Virus record (IMG/VR): IMGVR_UViG_3300007735_000756
Location: 1 to 54,371 of that record
Origin: a virus
Taxonomy: Duplodnaviria > Caudoviricetes
DNA length: 54,371 nucleotides
Reading direction: 5' to 3' (one strand)
Shown here in pieces: positions 18,440 through 26,131 of the stretch. Under the pieces are notes generated by a model. It made no database searches and was not told the origin of the DNA. It worked only from the letters and a program-made list of their open reading frames with translations. The translations under genes were made by a program, and so were the position numbers. Positions within the stretch are counted from its first letter, which is position 1. The number at the start of each line of letters is the position of its first letter.

Positions 18440-18468
18440 AGTCACATACATTAAGGAGCATCATTCTC

Positions 18469-18642
18469 ATGTCGGTATCTTATCTTCAGGGACAAAAGCA
18501 ACGTTTTCGTGTTACATTAGAACTTGACGTTTTGAATGACTTTGATCCACACAATATGGAATGGGAGAGGATTTTTGACCTAGAACCGAATGAGAAAGTA
18601 TCGGCATATGTAGAGGATCTCGATGTACCTGTGCGCTGGTAA
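18469..18642 (+). CDS. 57-aa hypothetical protein (RVTLELDV..DFDPH..EW)
   Basis: ORF read manually, with promoter, RBS and terminator. Confidence 0.8.
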   Translation: MSVSYLQGQKQRFRVTLELDVLNDFDPHNMEWERIFDLEPNEKVSAYVEDLDVPVRW

Positions 18643-18658
18643 TCTATGAAGTGATAAT

Positions 18659-18693
18659 ACCTGTGAAGTAATAGTATTTCACAGGTTTATTTT
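18659..18693 (+). terminator. Intrinsic terminator
   Basis: ACCTGTGAAGTA-ATAG-TATTTCACAGGT-TTATTTT. Confidence 0.75.
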
Positions 18694-19161
18694 GTATAAA
18701 TAAACATATCAGATTAAGAGTTCTGAATTGTTTCATTCTAAAGTATAATTCTTTCCCATAAAAGCACAATAGCCGGTTAACCCGCGTGAGGTAAGACTTT
18801 TAAGAGTGGATATAAAGAATTCCCTACTTTCTTTGAGCACTTAAGAATCATTAACTGATACATTCTATTTGAATACATTTCAGGCAAAACTGGTTTAACG
18901 CAAGGTTTCCTAAGGCGCCGCACAAAAAGTATATTCAAATATAGCACAATTAAGAATAACAAAAACAGGGATGGTTCCTAATAGAATTAGATTTTAATTC
19001 TATTACTTAGGGGTCAATTTATAGTGTCTAGATGTATTAAGTTCTTATTAAGTTCTTATTAAGTGATGAATTAAGTATCTGATCATAACCTATAAGTATC
19101 TGATCATAACTCTGGGGCCTTTAAAGTGTCCCTATAGTGTAAGCACTCAACCAAGCTTCCA

Positions 19162-19374
19162 ATGGTTATTATCTACACTAAGGCGGCCGCCAATGGCGAA
19201 TTTGATGGAGTCGGCATGGATAGTCAGCGTATCAGTCGCGAATATAAAACAACTCGAGGATTCCTTCAGCACGGTCTTCCTAATAACTTTAGGGGGACAA
19301 CATTAAGATTGGAGATATATTATGGGGACAATATTTATCGGGCTCCGGATAAAGTTACGTACATTGTGACATGA
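19162..19374 (+). CDS. Cassette gene, 70 aa
   Basis: Sole ORF after repeat 19108. Confidence 0.75.
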   Translation: MVIIYTKAAANGEFDGVGMDSQRISREYKTTRGFLQHGLPNNFRGTTLRLEIYYGDNIYRAPDKVTYIVT

Positions 19375-19494
19375 CAGATCTGACCCATTGAATGGATGGG
19401 TCATTAAATATACTCTATTCTGGTTATCTTAACTTAAGATAACTCTGGGGCCTTTAAAGTGTCCCTATAGTGTAAGCACTCAACCAAGCTTCCA

Positions 19495-19740
19495 ATGACC
19501 TACAATCCTTGCAAAGATGCTGCCACCCTTGAACACTTTGCAAGGTGGGAGATGCACTCTAAAACTCTAGATATGTACTCCTTAAAGTATATAATCAACG
19601 ATTGCAAGTCTGCTGCTGAGAATATGAAGGGTTGGAATCCAATCCGAGAGGGTTACTATCTGGACCAGGCAGCAACTTATGGGATGGAAGTAACACGTAG
19701 GAATGCGCAATTGCCCTTTGGTTTACGTCATAGAGTATAG
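19495..19740 (+). CDS. Cassette gene, 81 aa
   Basis: Sole ORF after repeat 19441; leader identical to that of 19162. Confidence 0.75.
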   Translation: MTYNPCKDAATLEHFARWEMHSKTLDMYSLKYIINDCKSAAENMKGWNPIREGYYLDQAATYGMEVTRRNAQLPFGLRHRV

Positions 19741-19865
19741 TACTAAGTAACGTTGACCCATTGAATAGGGGGGTCATTAAATATTCTCTATTCCGGTTAT
19801 CTTAAGTTAAGATAACTCTGGGGCCTTTAAAGTGCCCCTATAGTGTAACCACCGCCCAAACCAAG

Positions 19866-20156
19866 ATGACCACCGCAACCTATCAATTGAATTCCCTTAA
19901 TATCTCCTACAATGGTTGGGAGAATTATGAAACCTGGAATGTTGCTCTCTGGATTCAAAATGATGAGTTTCTCTATAACACAGCCAAAGCATGTGTAGAG
20001 TTCTGCAATGATAACGAAACACCTTATGATAAGTTCGTTCGTTGCATGACTGAGGGACAGATTGGTCGTCATCTTGTTAGCACTCCGGACGGTGTTTCTT
20101 ATAACAATCCTAAAATCAATCACCTGGAAGTCAACGAAATGATTCAAGATCTTTGA
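19866..20156 (+). CDS. Cassette gene (YNGW.NYETWNVALW type)
   Basis: 96-aa ORF after repeat 19814. Confidence 0.8.
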   Translation: MTTATYQLNSLNISYNGWENYETWNVALWIQNDEFLYNTAKACVEFCNDNETPYDKFVRCMTEGQIGRHLVSTPDGVSYNNPKINHLEVNEMIQDL

Positions 20157-20174
20157 GTCGTTAACACAAACAGT

Positions 20175-20346
20175 CCTGAGTTATGACTATAAACTAACTC
20201 CGTGAATTAGGGCACAATCACGTTAATCATGCCCAGGTAGATAAGTAATGCGATCTACCGTGAATGGCAGTGATACACGTCACAACTCTGCCAAACTATG
20301 TACCCTCTGGTTGACACTGGGGGGCACTACAGTGAGTGAAACTCAC
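20175..20346 (+). ncRNA. Candidate structured RNA (tandem pseudoknots and hairpins)
   Basis: Crossed pairs AGTC/GACT with GAGTT/AACTC, CGTGA/TCACG with GGGCA/TGCCC; GGTAGAT/ATCTACC; TGGCAG/CTGCCA; GTGAG/CTCAC. Confidence 0.5.
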
Positions 20347-20489
20347 CAGTGGAATGGTGTAACACCCGACCCAACGGGAGTAGGGGTCATTAAATATACT
20401 CTATTCTGAGAATTCTGAGGTAATCATAACTCTGGGGCCTTTAAAGTGTCCCTATAGTGTAAGCACTCAACCAACTCAACTTTCCTCCC

Positions 20490-20837
20490 ATGCGTAAGAT
20501 TGAAACCGCAATGATTGAAGCAATTGAGAATCAACTCAATTGGAAGTCTGCTAACACTGAAGTGATTAACTCTGAACTGGCAAGTGATGGAACTGTTGTC
20601 AGTGTAGTTAAACTTCACGGGCATAAGATTGCCGTGATCGGCGACAACTTTATTCAACTATTCGATGGTGGTTGGCAGACTGCTACCACCAAAAGTAGGT
20701 TGAATGCAATACTCAAAGGGTTCGGAATTGCGGGAGAAGGTGTATTTCAAAAGGCAGGGGAATGGTTCGTACGTATTCATGAAGATTTTAAAGTTGACTT
20801 TGAAGTTGTTAAATTCACCAGTGGAATGGTGATCTAA
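20490..20837 (+). CDS. Cassette gene (MRKIE...GGWQTATTKSRLNA type)
   Basis: 115-aa ORF after the last repeat. Confidence 0.8.
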   Translation: MRKIETAMIEAIENQLNWKSANTEVINSELASDGTVVSVVKLHGHKIAVIGDNFIQLFDGGWQTATTKSRLNAILKGFGIAGEGVFQKAGEWFVRIHEDFKVDFEVVKFTSGMVI

Positions 20838-21541
20838 GGTAATACCCGACCCAACGGGAGTAGGGGTCATTAAATATACTCCTCCCAGAGTTTAAGTAAC
20901 AGTGTGTCACTTAAGTGACAGTGAGTGGCACACTTTTAGTGAGTTGTATAAAGAACCCGTTTCGTGAGTTGTATAAAGAACTCGTAGTGTATTAGAATTA
21001 AACAGTGAGTTCTTATCAGTAATATCGTGTTCGTGGTTAATTGTTTATACTTAGTTAAATGTAAAGAATTAAACAGTGCTGTTTGACAGTTATTATTAAT
21101 TCGTGGTTGTTAATAATGGCGGGTAATGCGCCCCCGTATATTATTTTTTTGGGTCCCTACAACCTACAGAGGTGACAAATCGACCGATAAATATCAATCT
21201 CATAAAAAATTTCCGGAGTATGAAAAAACATCCCACAAGGTTTAATGGATATTATATTACTGAGAATGAAAAAGTTTATCATGAACCAAATAAATGTTTT
21301 GACGGTAAAAATAAAAAAGATTTGGTAGAAGTTCAGCAATTGAATAATAGATAAAAGTATGATGAGCACCCTTAGAAATCTCCGCCGAACTCCTTACTGG
21401 AACTTCTGGAAGGTTGTACTTGCAGGTTGGTGTATAAGATATCCAAAACAAATAATATTCATTCCTCTTGGATTTTTATTGATCTTGATATATAATCTTG
21501 TTGCGAAATAATTCTCAACAAAAAATTTTTGCCATAAAAAA

Positions 21542-21742
21542 ATGTCTTATAAAGAAAAAATATACCACATATATGCAAAGGACCGATGTCTATTTCATTC
21601 TATCAAAGAAGAAGAATTTAATACAACCTGGTCAACACTTAAGATTATGGTTGGTCTGATGAAAACAGACTATACTATAGAAGACTTGTCATATGAAGAA
21701 CTTACCTTCAATAAAGATTTGACACTTCATTCTTCTCATTGA
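21542..21742 (+). CDS. Hypothetical protein
   Basis: 66-aa ORF. Confidence 0.65.
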   Translation: MSYKEKIYHIYAKDRCLFHSIKEEEFNTTWSTLKIMVGLMKTDYTIEDLSYEELTFNKDLTLHSSH

Positions 21743-21767
21743 CAATGCATATATAAACTGTTAAAAT
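21739..21767 (+). promoter_or_regulatory. Sigma70-type promoter TTGACA-N17-TAAAAT with extended TG
   Basis: Upstream of ATG 21792. Confidence 0.75.
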
Positions 21768-21791
21768 TAAACTTAATTGAATTGAAAATTT

Positions 21792-22559
21792 ATGGCAAAA
21801 GGTTTCACTGTGAAAGCTGCTACTCCAAAACCATCTCAAGAAGAATGGGATTATCAAGCAATTAAAGAAAGAATGCGTGGAAAGTCAATTGTATTTTGTC
21901 TTCCTGGTCGAGGATGTTCTTTTATTTTTCTCAAGGCATTTGTACAACTTTGTTTTGATTTAGTACAAAATGGAATGAGTATTCAAATTTCTCAAGACTA
22001 CTCATCAATGGTAAACTTTGCCCGGTGTAAGTGTCTAGGTGCAAATGTACTACGTGGTCCAAAGCAAATTCCATGGGATGGAAAACTTCAATATGATTAT
22101 CAACTTTGGATTGACTCGGATATTGTCTTTGACTCAAACAAGTTCTGGCAACTTTGTGATATGGCACTGCCTGCCGAAGGTGAACAAAAGGAAATTGTTG
22201 GTGGTTGGTATGCCACAGAAGATGGTCACACAACCTCTGTCGCACATTGGTTAGAAGAAGATGACTTCCGCAAAAATGGTGGAGTCATGAATCACGAAAC
22301 TGTGGAGAGTATCTCCAAGCGTCGGAAGCCATTTACAGTTGATTATACTGGTTTCGGTTGGGTTCTGATTCAGAAAGGAGTATTTGAAAATCTTGAATAT
22401 CCATGGTTTGCACCGAAGATGCAAGTCTTTGAGTCTGGTGCCGTACAAGATATGTGTGGTGAAGATGTCTCATTCTGTCTCGATGCAATTGAAAAAGGAT
22501 TCAAAATCTGGTGTGATCCGCGCATTCGTGTCGGGCACGAAAAAATTAGAGTGATTTAA
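21792..22559 (+). CDS. GT-A fold glycosyltransferase-like protein
   Basis: WIDSDIVF (DxD), TGFGWVLI, GEDVSFC, RVGHEK. Confidence 0.75.
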   Translation: MAKGFTVKAATPKPSQEEWDYQAIKERMRGKSIVFCLPGRGCSFIFLKAFVQLCFDLVQNGMSIQISQDYSSMVNFARCKCLGANVLRGPKQIPWDGKLQYDYQLWIDSDIVFDSNKFWQLCDMALPAEGEQKEIVGGWYATEDGHTTSVAHWLEEDDFRKNGGVMNHETVESISKRRKPFTVDYTGFGWVLIQKGVFENLEYPWFAPKMQVFESGAVQDMCGEDVSFCLDAIEKGFKIWCDPRIRVGHEKIRVI

Positions 22560-22863
22560 TGCAAGAAAAACTTTACAATCTCTTATATAAGAATCGTAAA
22601 ATTTATATGAATCTCACTGCAGAAGAATGTAGTGAGATTCTTCAAGAATTCTCCGAACAATTTTATGCCGGAGAAGATGTTAATCCAAATGAACTTGAAA
22701 TGGAGGAAATTTAATCATGGCAAAAAATCGAAAAACACTGAACGGTTCAGATGTAATTGAATCTCATCCCAAGAATACCCGACAGGGTGATGGGAAGCAC
22801 ACAAAATACAGCAGAACTAGCAGAAACAAGGCACGAAAACCATCTCGTGGACAAGGTAAATAA
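22559..22863 (+). CDS. Two small ORFs (22559-22714; basic 22717-22863)
   Basis: Read manually; GGAGG before 22717; terminator follows. Confidence 0.55.
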
Positions 22864-22871
22864 TTTATCTC

Positions 22872-22903
22872 AAGGCATTCGGAGTTTCTCTGAGTGCTTT
22901 TTT
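22872..22903 (+). terminator. Intrinsic terminator
   Basis: AGGCATTCGGAG...CTCTGAGTGCTT followed by a T-run. Confidence 0.7.
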
Positions 22904-23019
22904 ATGATCATTACTTAAGTTTATGATACCTTTTGATTTTAAGATACCTTTTGATTTTTAGATACCTGCGGGGCGTCGCTCCTCTCGCTCGAAGAAACCC
23001 TATAGAAAGAACCAATTCA

Positions 23020-23481
23020 ATGAAAACATCTGAAGTCGAAAGAAACATTCGTAAATGGATCAAAGAAGTATCAAAGGTAAGAAAGGAATTAGGTAATTTT
23101 TCTATCTGTCCATTTGCAGCAAAAGCAAGATATCTGATCGTGGAGTGCGCTGCGAGCGCCATCGTGCCGTCTGAAGGGTATCAGGTGATCATATATGTCA
23201 TTGAGGACTCATTCAACCTTCAAGAGGTTCAGAGATGGGTAAAAATTTACAATGAAAGATATGATGAATGGAAATTTTTTGAGGATTGTGCTTCTTATGA
23301 TACCTACATAAAAGATGTAAAGACTAATAATGGACTTTATAATTTAATTCTAGCTCAACCAAAAGAAGAATTGCGCGAATTTAGAAAAAAATTGGCAAAA
23401 ACTACTTATTATGACAACTGGGACGAAGAATATCTAAAAGAAATTCTTCAAGATGACTATGATTTAATTCAAAAGGGATAG
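23020..23481 (+). CDS. Hypothetical protein (ICPFA motif)
   Basis: Track ORF 22933..23481; ATG 23020 is the likelier start. Confidence 0.7.
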   Translation: MKTSEVERNIRKWIKEVSKVRKELGNFSICPFAAKARYLIVECAASAIVPSEGYQVIIYVIEDSFNLQEVQRWVKIYNERYDEWKFFEDCASYDTYIKDVKTNNGLYNLILAQPKEELREFRKKLAKTTYYDNWDEEYLKEILQDDYDLIQKG

Positions 23482-23525
23482 CAACCCCTTTAAAAGTTCT
23501 GATTTTCAACAAATCAGGAGAAAAA

Positions 23526-23765
23526 ATGGGAAAACCTTCAGATAGAGACAAAAATTATATGAGAGAGATGTGGGGAACTGAAAAATTAATCACTGATTAT
23601 ACAAAAACTCCATCAAAAATGCTTCGTGAAATAGCAAATGACAATTTAACTCCAAAAAATCATGATTTTGTAGTACAAAAAGAAATTCACGAAAAAATTC
23701 GTAATGATGATGACTATGATGATTGGGAATATGGTACGGAACCAATTCCATTGACCGAATTTTGA
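23526..23765 (+). CDS. Hypothetical protein preceding gp25
   Basis: 79-aa ORF with AGGAG RBS. Confidence 0.75.
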   Translation: MGKPSDRDKNYMREMWGTEKLITDYTKTPSKMLREIANDNLTPKNHDFVVQKEIHEKIRNDDDYDDWEYGTEPIPLTEF

Positions 23766-23795
23766 CGAATAAATAAGATAGATTTACAATATTCA

Positions 23796-24197
23796 ATGCA
23801 TCTAGAGCGAGTTAATAAAGGTTTCAGAGATATTAGTATGTCATTTCAGGTAAATCCTCTGAATTTTGATTTGATTGCCCTTAAAAATGAGACTTCAATT
23901 GCTCGTTCTATTCGCAATATAGTTTTTACTATTCCCGGAGAGAAATTTTTTAATCAAAATTTTGGTTCCAAGATTAATAGAACTCTTTTTGAAAATGTTG
24001 ATGATATTTCTGCATCAATTATTCGAGATGAGATTGAAAATTCACTCAATAATTATGAACCAAGAATTGAATTGATTGAAATAAGTACAACACCAGATTA
24101 TGATCTTGGTGCATTTGATGTAATAATTAATTATAGAATCGTTGGTGCAGACGTTCCTGCACAACAACTACAGTTTGTTCTGCAACCTACCAGATAA
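23796..24197 (+). CDS. gp25: Baseplate wedge subunit gp25
   Basis: SIRNIVFT.PGEKFF...FGS, YEPRI; late promoter AATAAATA at 23768. Confidence 0.93.
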   Translation: MHLERVNKGFRDISMSFQVNPLNFDLIALKNETSIARSIRNIVFTIPGEKFFNQNFGSKINRTLFENVDDISASIIRDEIENSLNNYEPRIELIEISTTPDYDLGAFDVIINYRIVGADVPAQQLQFVLQPTR

Positions 24198-24205
24198 TCA
24201 GGTAA

Positions 24206-26131
24206 ATGCCCCTAGTAAACTTCACGAATCTGGATTTTTACCAGATTAAATCCACACTCAAAGATTACTTAAAGTCAAATTCCAATTTTACGGACTATGA
24301 TTTTGAGGGATCCAATCTTTCGACGATTCTTGATGTTCTGGCATATAATACATATATCACCTCGTACAATGCCAATATGGTGGCAAATGAGGTGTTCATT
24401 GATAGTGCAACACTGAGAGAGAATGTTGTTGCACTTGCAAGAAATATTGGATATATTCCCCGTTCAAAGAAATCGGCAAGAGCAACTGTAACCTTCTTTG
24501 TTGATACCACAAATATTAATCCAACTCCAGCATCACTGATATTAAAGAAAGGTCCGATTGCAAGTACTTCCGGATCCTTTGGAAATCAGTCTTTTATTTT
24601 TTCAATCTTAGAAGATGTTACTGTTCCGGTAATAGATGGTTTTGCAACCTTTACAGATCTTCAAATTTATGAAGGAACTCTACTGACTTCAAGTTTTACT
24701 TATAGTACAAGAAATCCAAATCAAAAATTTATACTACCAAATAGTGGCATTGATACAAGTTTAATTTCCGTAATTGTTAAATCAAATTCTTCCCCACAAT
24801 CCCCTTCTGTAAAATATAGTCTTCAGGATAGTTTATTTTCTATTGATAAAGAATCTGAGGTCTATTTCTTGCAAGAAATCGAAAATGAAAGATATGAATT
24901 ATTTTTTGGTGATAACATCTTTGGGAAGGCACTTTCAGACGGAAATTATATCGAAGCATCTTACATTGCAACAAATGGTGATAGTGGAAATGGTGTCAAC
25001 CAATTTAGTTTTTCCGGAAGATTGACATATACCAGAAACTCAACAGAGTATGTTGTAACCTCTGGAATTTCTTTGTTGACAACTGGATTAATGGCATCTG
25101 GTGGTGAAAATATAGAGTCGGTTGATTCTATTAAAAAGTATGCTCCCAGAATATATGCTTCTCAAAATAGAGCTCTGACAGCAAATGATTATGAGACTTT
25201 AATACCTGCAAAAATTTATCCCGATACAGAATCAATCTCGGTGTTTGGTGGAGAGGAACTTATTCCTCCACAATATGGAAAAGTTTTTATTAGTATCAAA
25301 CCAAGAACAGGTGATTTTCTTCCAAATTTAATCAAGGAAAATATAAAACTTAAATTAAAAAAATATGCGGTTGCAGGAATTGTTCCAGAAATTTTGGATC
25401 TTAAATATCTTTATATTGAAGTTGATTCAAAAATTTATTATAACACAAATCTTGCTCCAAATGCGGCATATGTTTCTAACATCATTCAATCAAATGCAAA
25501 TAAATATGCAGAATCTACTGAATTAAATAGATATGGAGCAAGATTCAAATATAGTAAATTTTTGAAAATCATCGATGATGGTCATATGTCGGTTACCTCA
25601 AACATCACCAAGATTCAAATGAGAAGAGATCTAAGGATTGTCTTGAATACTTTTGCAGAATATTTTATTGGGTTTGGTAATCAGTTTCATATTGGTAGTA
25701 TGAATGGGTACAATATTAAATCCTCCAAATTTAGAATTGCTGGTATTCAGCAAGATCTTTATCTTTCTGATATTCCAGATACAAACAGAAAATCTGGAAC
25801 TATATTTCTATTCAATGTACCATCATCATCTTCCACTACTGCAACAGTTGTGAGTAGAAATGTTGGAAAAATTGATTATGTAAAAGGAGTTATCACATTA
25901 AATCCCATCAATATTACATCTGCAAAGGTTAAAGATGGGCAATCTATCATAGAAATCTCTGTTGTTCCACAATCAAATGATATTATTGGATTACAGGATT
26001 TATATTTGCAACTAGATATTAATAACAGCAATTTTGAAATGGTCGTTGATGAAATTTCTTCTGGTCTTGACCCATCGGCATCAAATTATATCGTAACATC
26101 CAGCTACACTAACGGAAATCTAGTAAGATAA
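24206..26131 (+). CDS. gp6: Baseplate wedge subunit gp6
   Basis: FTDYDFEGS, SATLRENVV, QNRALTANDY, YGKVFISIKP. Confidence 0.95.
   Translation: MPLVNFTNLDFYQIKSTLKDYLKSNSNFTDYDFEGSNLSTILDVLAYNTYITSYNANMVANEVFIDSATLRENVVALARNIGYIPRSKKSARATVTFFVDTTNINPTPASLILKKGPIASTSGSFGNQSFIFSILEDVTVPVIDGFATFTDLQIYEGTLLTSSFTYSTRNPNQKFILPNSGIDTSLISVIVKSNSSPQSPSVKYSLQDSLFSIDKESEVYFLQEIENERYELFFGDNIFGKALSDGNYIEASYIATNGDSGNGVNQFSFSGRLTYTRNSTEYVVTSGISLLTTGLMASGGENIESVDSIKKYAPRIYASQNRALTANDYETLIPAKIYPDTESISVFGGEELIPPQYGKVFISIKPRTGDFLPNLIKENIKLKLKKYAVAGIVPEILDLKYLYIEVDSKIYYNTNLAPNAAYVSNIIQSNANKYAESTELNRYGARFKYSKFLKIIDDGHMSVTSNITKIQMRRDLRIVLNTFAEYFIGFGNQFHIGSMNGYNIKSSKFRIAGIQQDLYLSDIPDTNRKSGTIFLFNVPSSSSTTATVVSRNVGKIDYVKGVITLNPINITSAKVKDGQSIIEISVVPQSNDIIGLQDLYLQLDINNSNFEMVVDEISSGLDPSASNYIVTSSYTNGNLVR

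Larger units (their letters stand above)
5722..20462 (+). repeat. Dispersed ~35-bp direct repeat AACTCTGGGGCCTT(C/T)AAAGTGTCCCTATAGTGT heading gene cassettes
   Basis: Copies start at 5722, 6859, 7111, 7836, 11163, 11422, 11817, 12751, 13680, 14134, 14625, 15388, 15889, 16734, 16992, 19108, 19441, 19814, 20428; truncated copy at ~9415; all on + strand. Confidence 0.97.
11387..20881 (+). repeat. Second repeat family: GACCC-loop-GGGTC-(A/T)TTAAATA(T)ACTC
   Basis: Five copies at ~11387, 19381, 19754, 20368, 20848, each at a cassette 3' end. Confidence 0.85.

Noticed and set aside
19008-19030. GGGGTCAATTTATAGTGTC as another repeat copy
   Set aside because: Too divergent, with different spacing, to count.
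20203-20240. Pistol or hammerhead ribozyme
   Set aside because: Only a loose hairpin-plus-pseudoknot resemblance; I could not find the other helices or catalytic cores.
5722-20462. CRISPR array interpretation of the 35-bp repeat
   Set aside because: Intervals run from about 250 to over 2000 bp and hold whole genes rather than uniform spacers; no cas genes are visible.
13289-20657. ORFs or ORF extensions containing CLHYRDTLKAPEL or TLGPSKCPYS (e.g. 13289..13723 -, 14078..14269 +, 20424..20657 -, N-terminus of 12713)
   Set aside because: These are translations of the DNA repeat, not a protein family.
21157-21451. Short ORFs on both strands at 21.2-21.4 kb
   Set aside because: Conflicting frames and no recognisable motifs; I could not decide which, if any, is real.
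22925-22967. 18-bp tandem repeat GATACCTTTTGATTTT(A/T)A and the TTG-start extension of ORF 22933
   Set aside because: Probably a local slippage duplication; ATG 23020 is the more plausible start.
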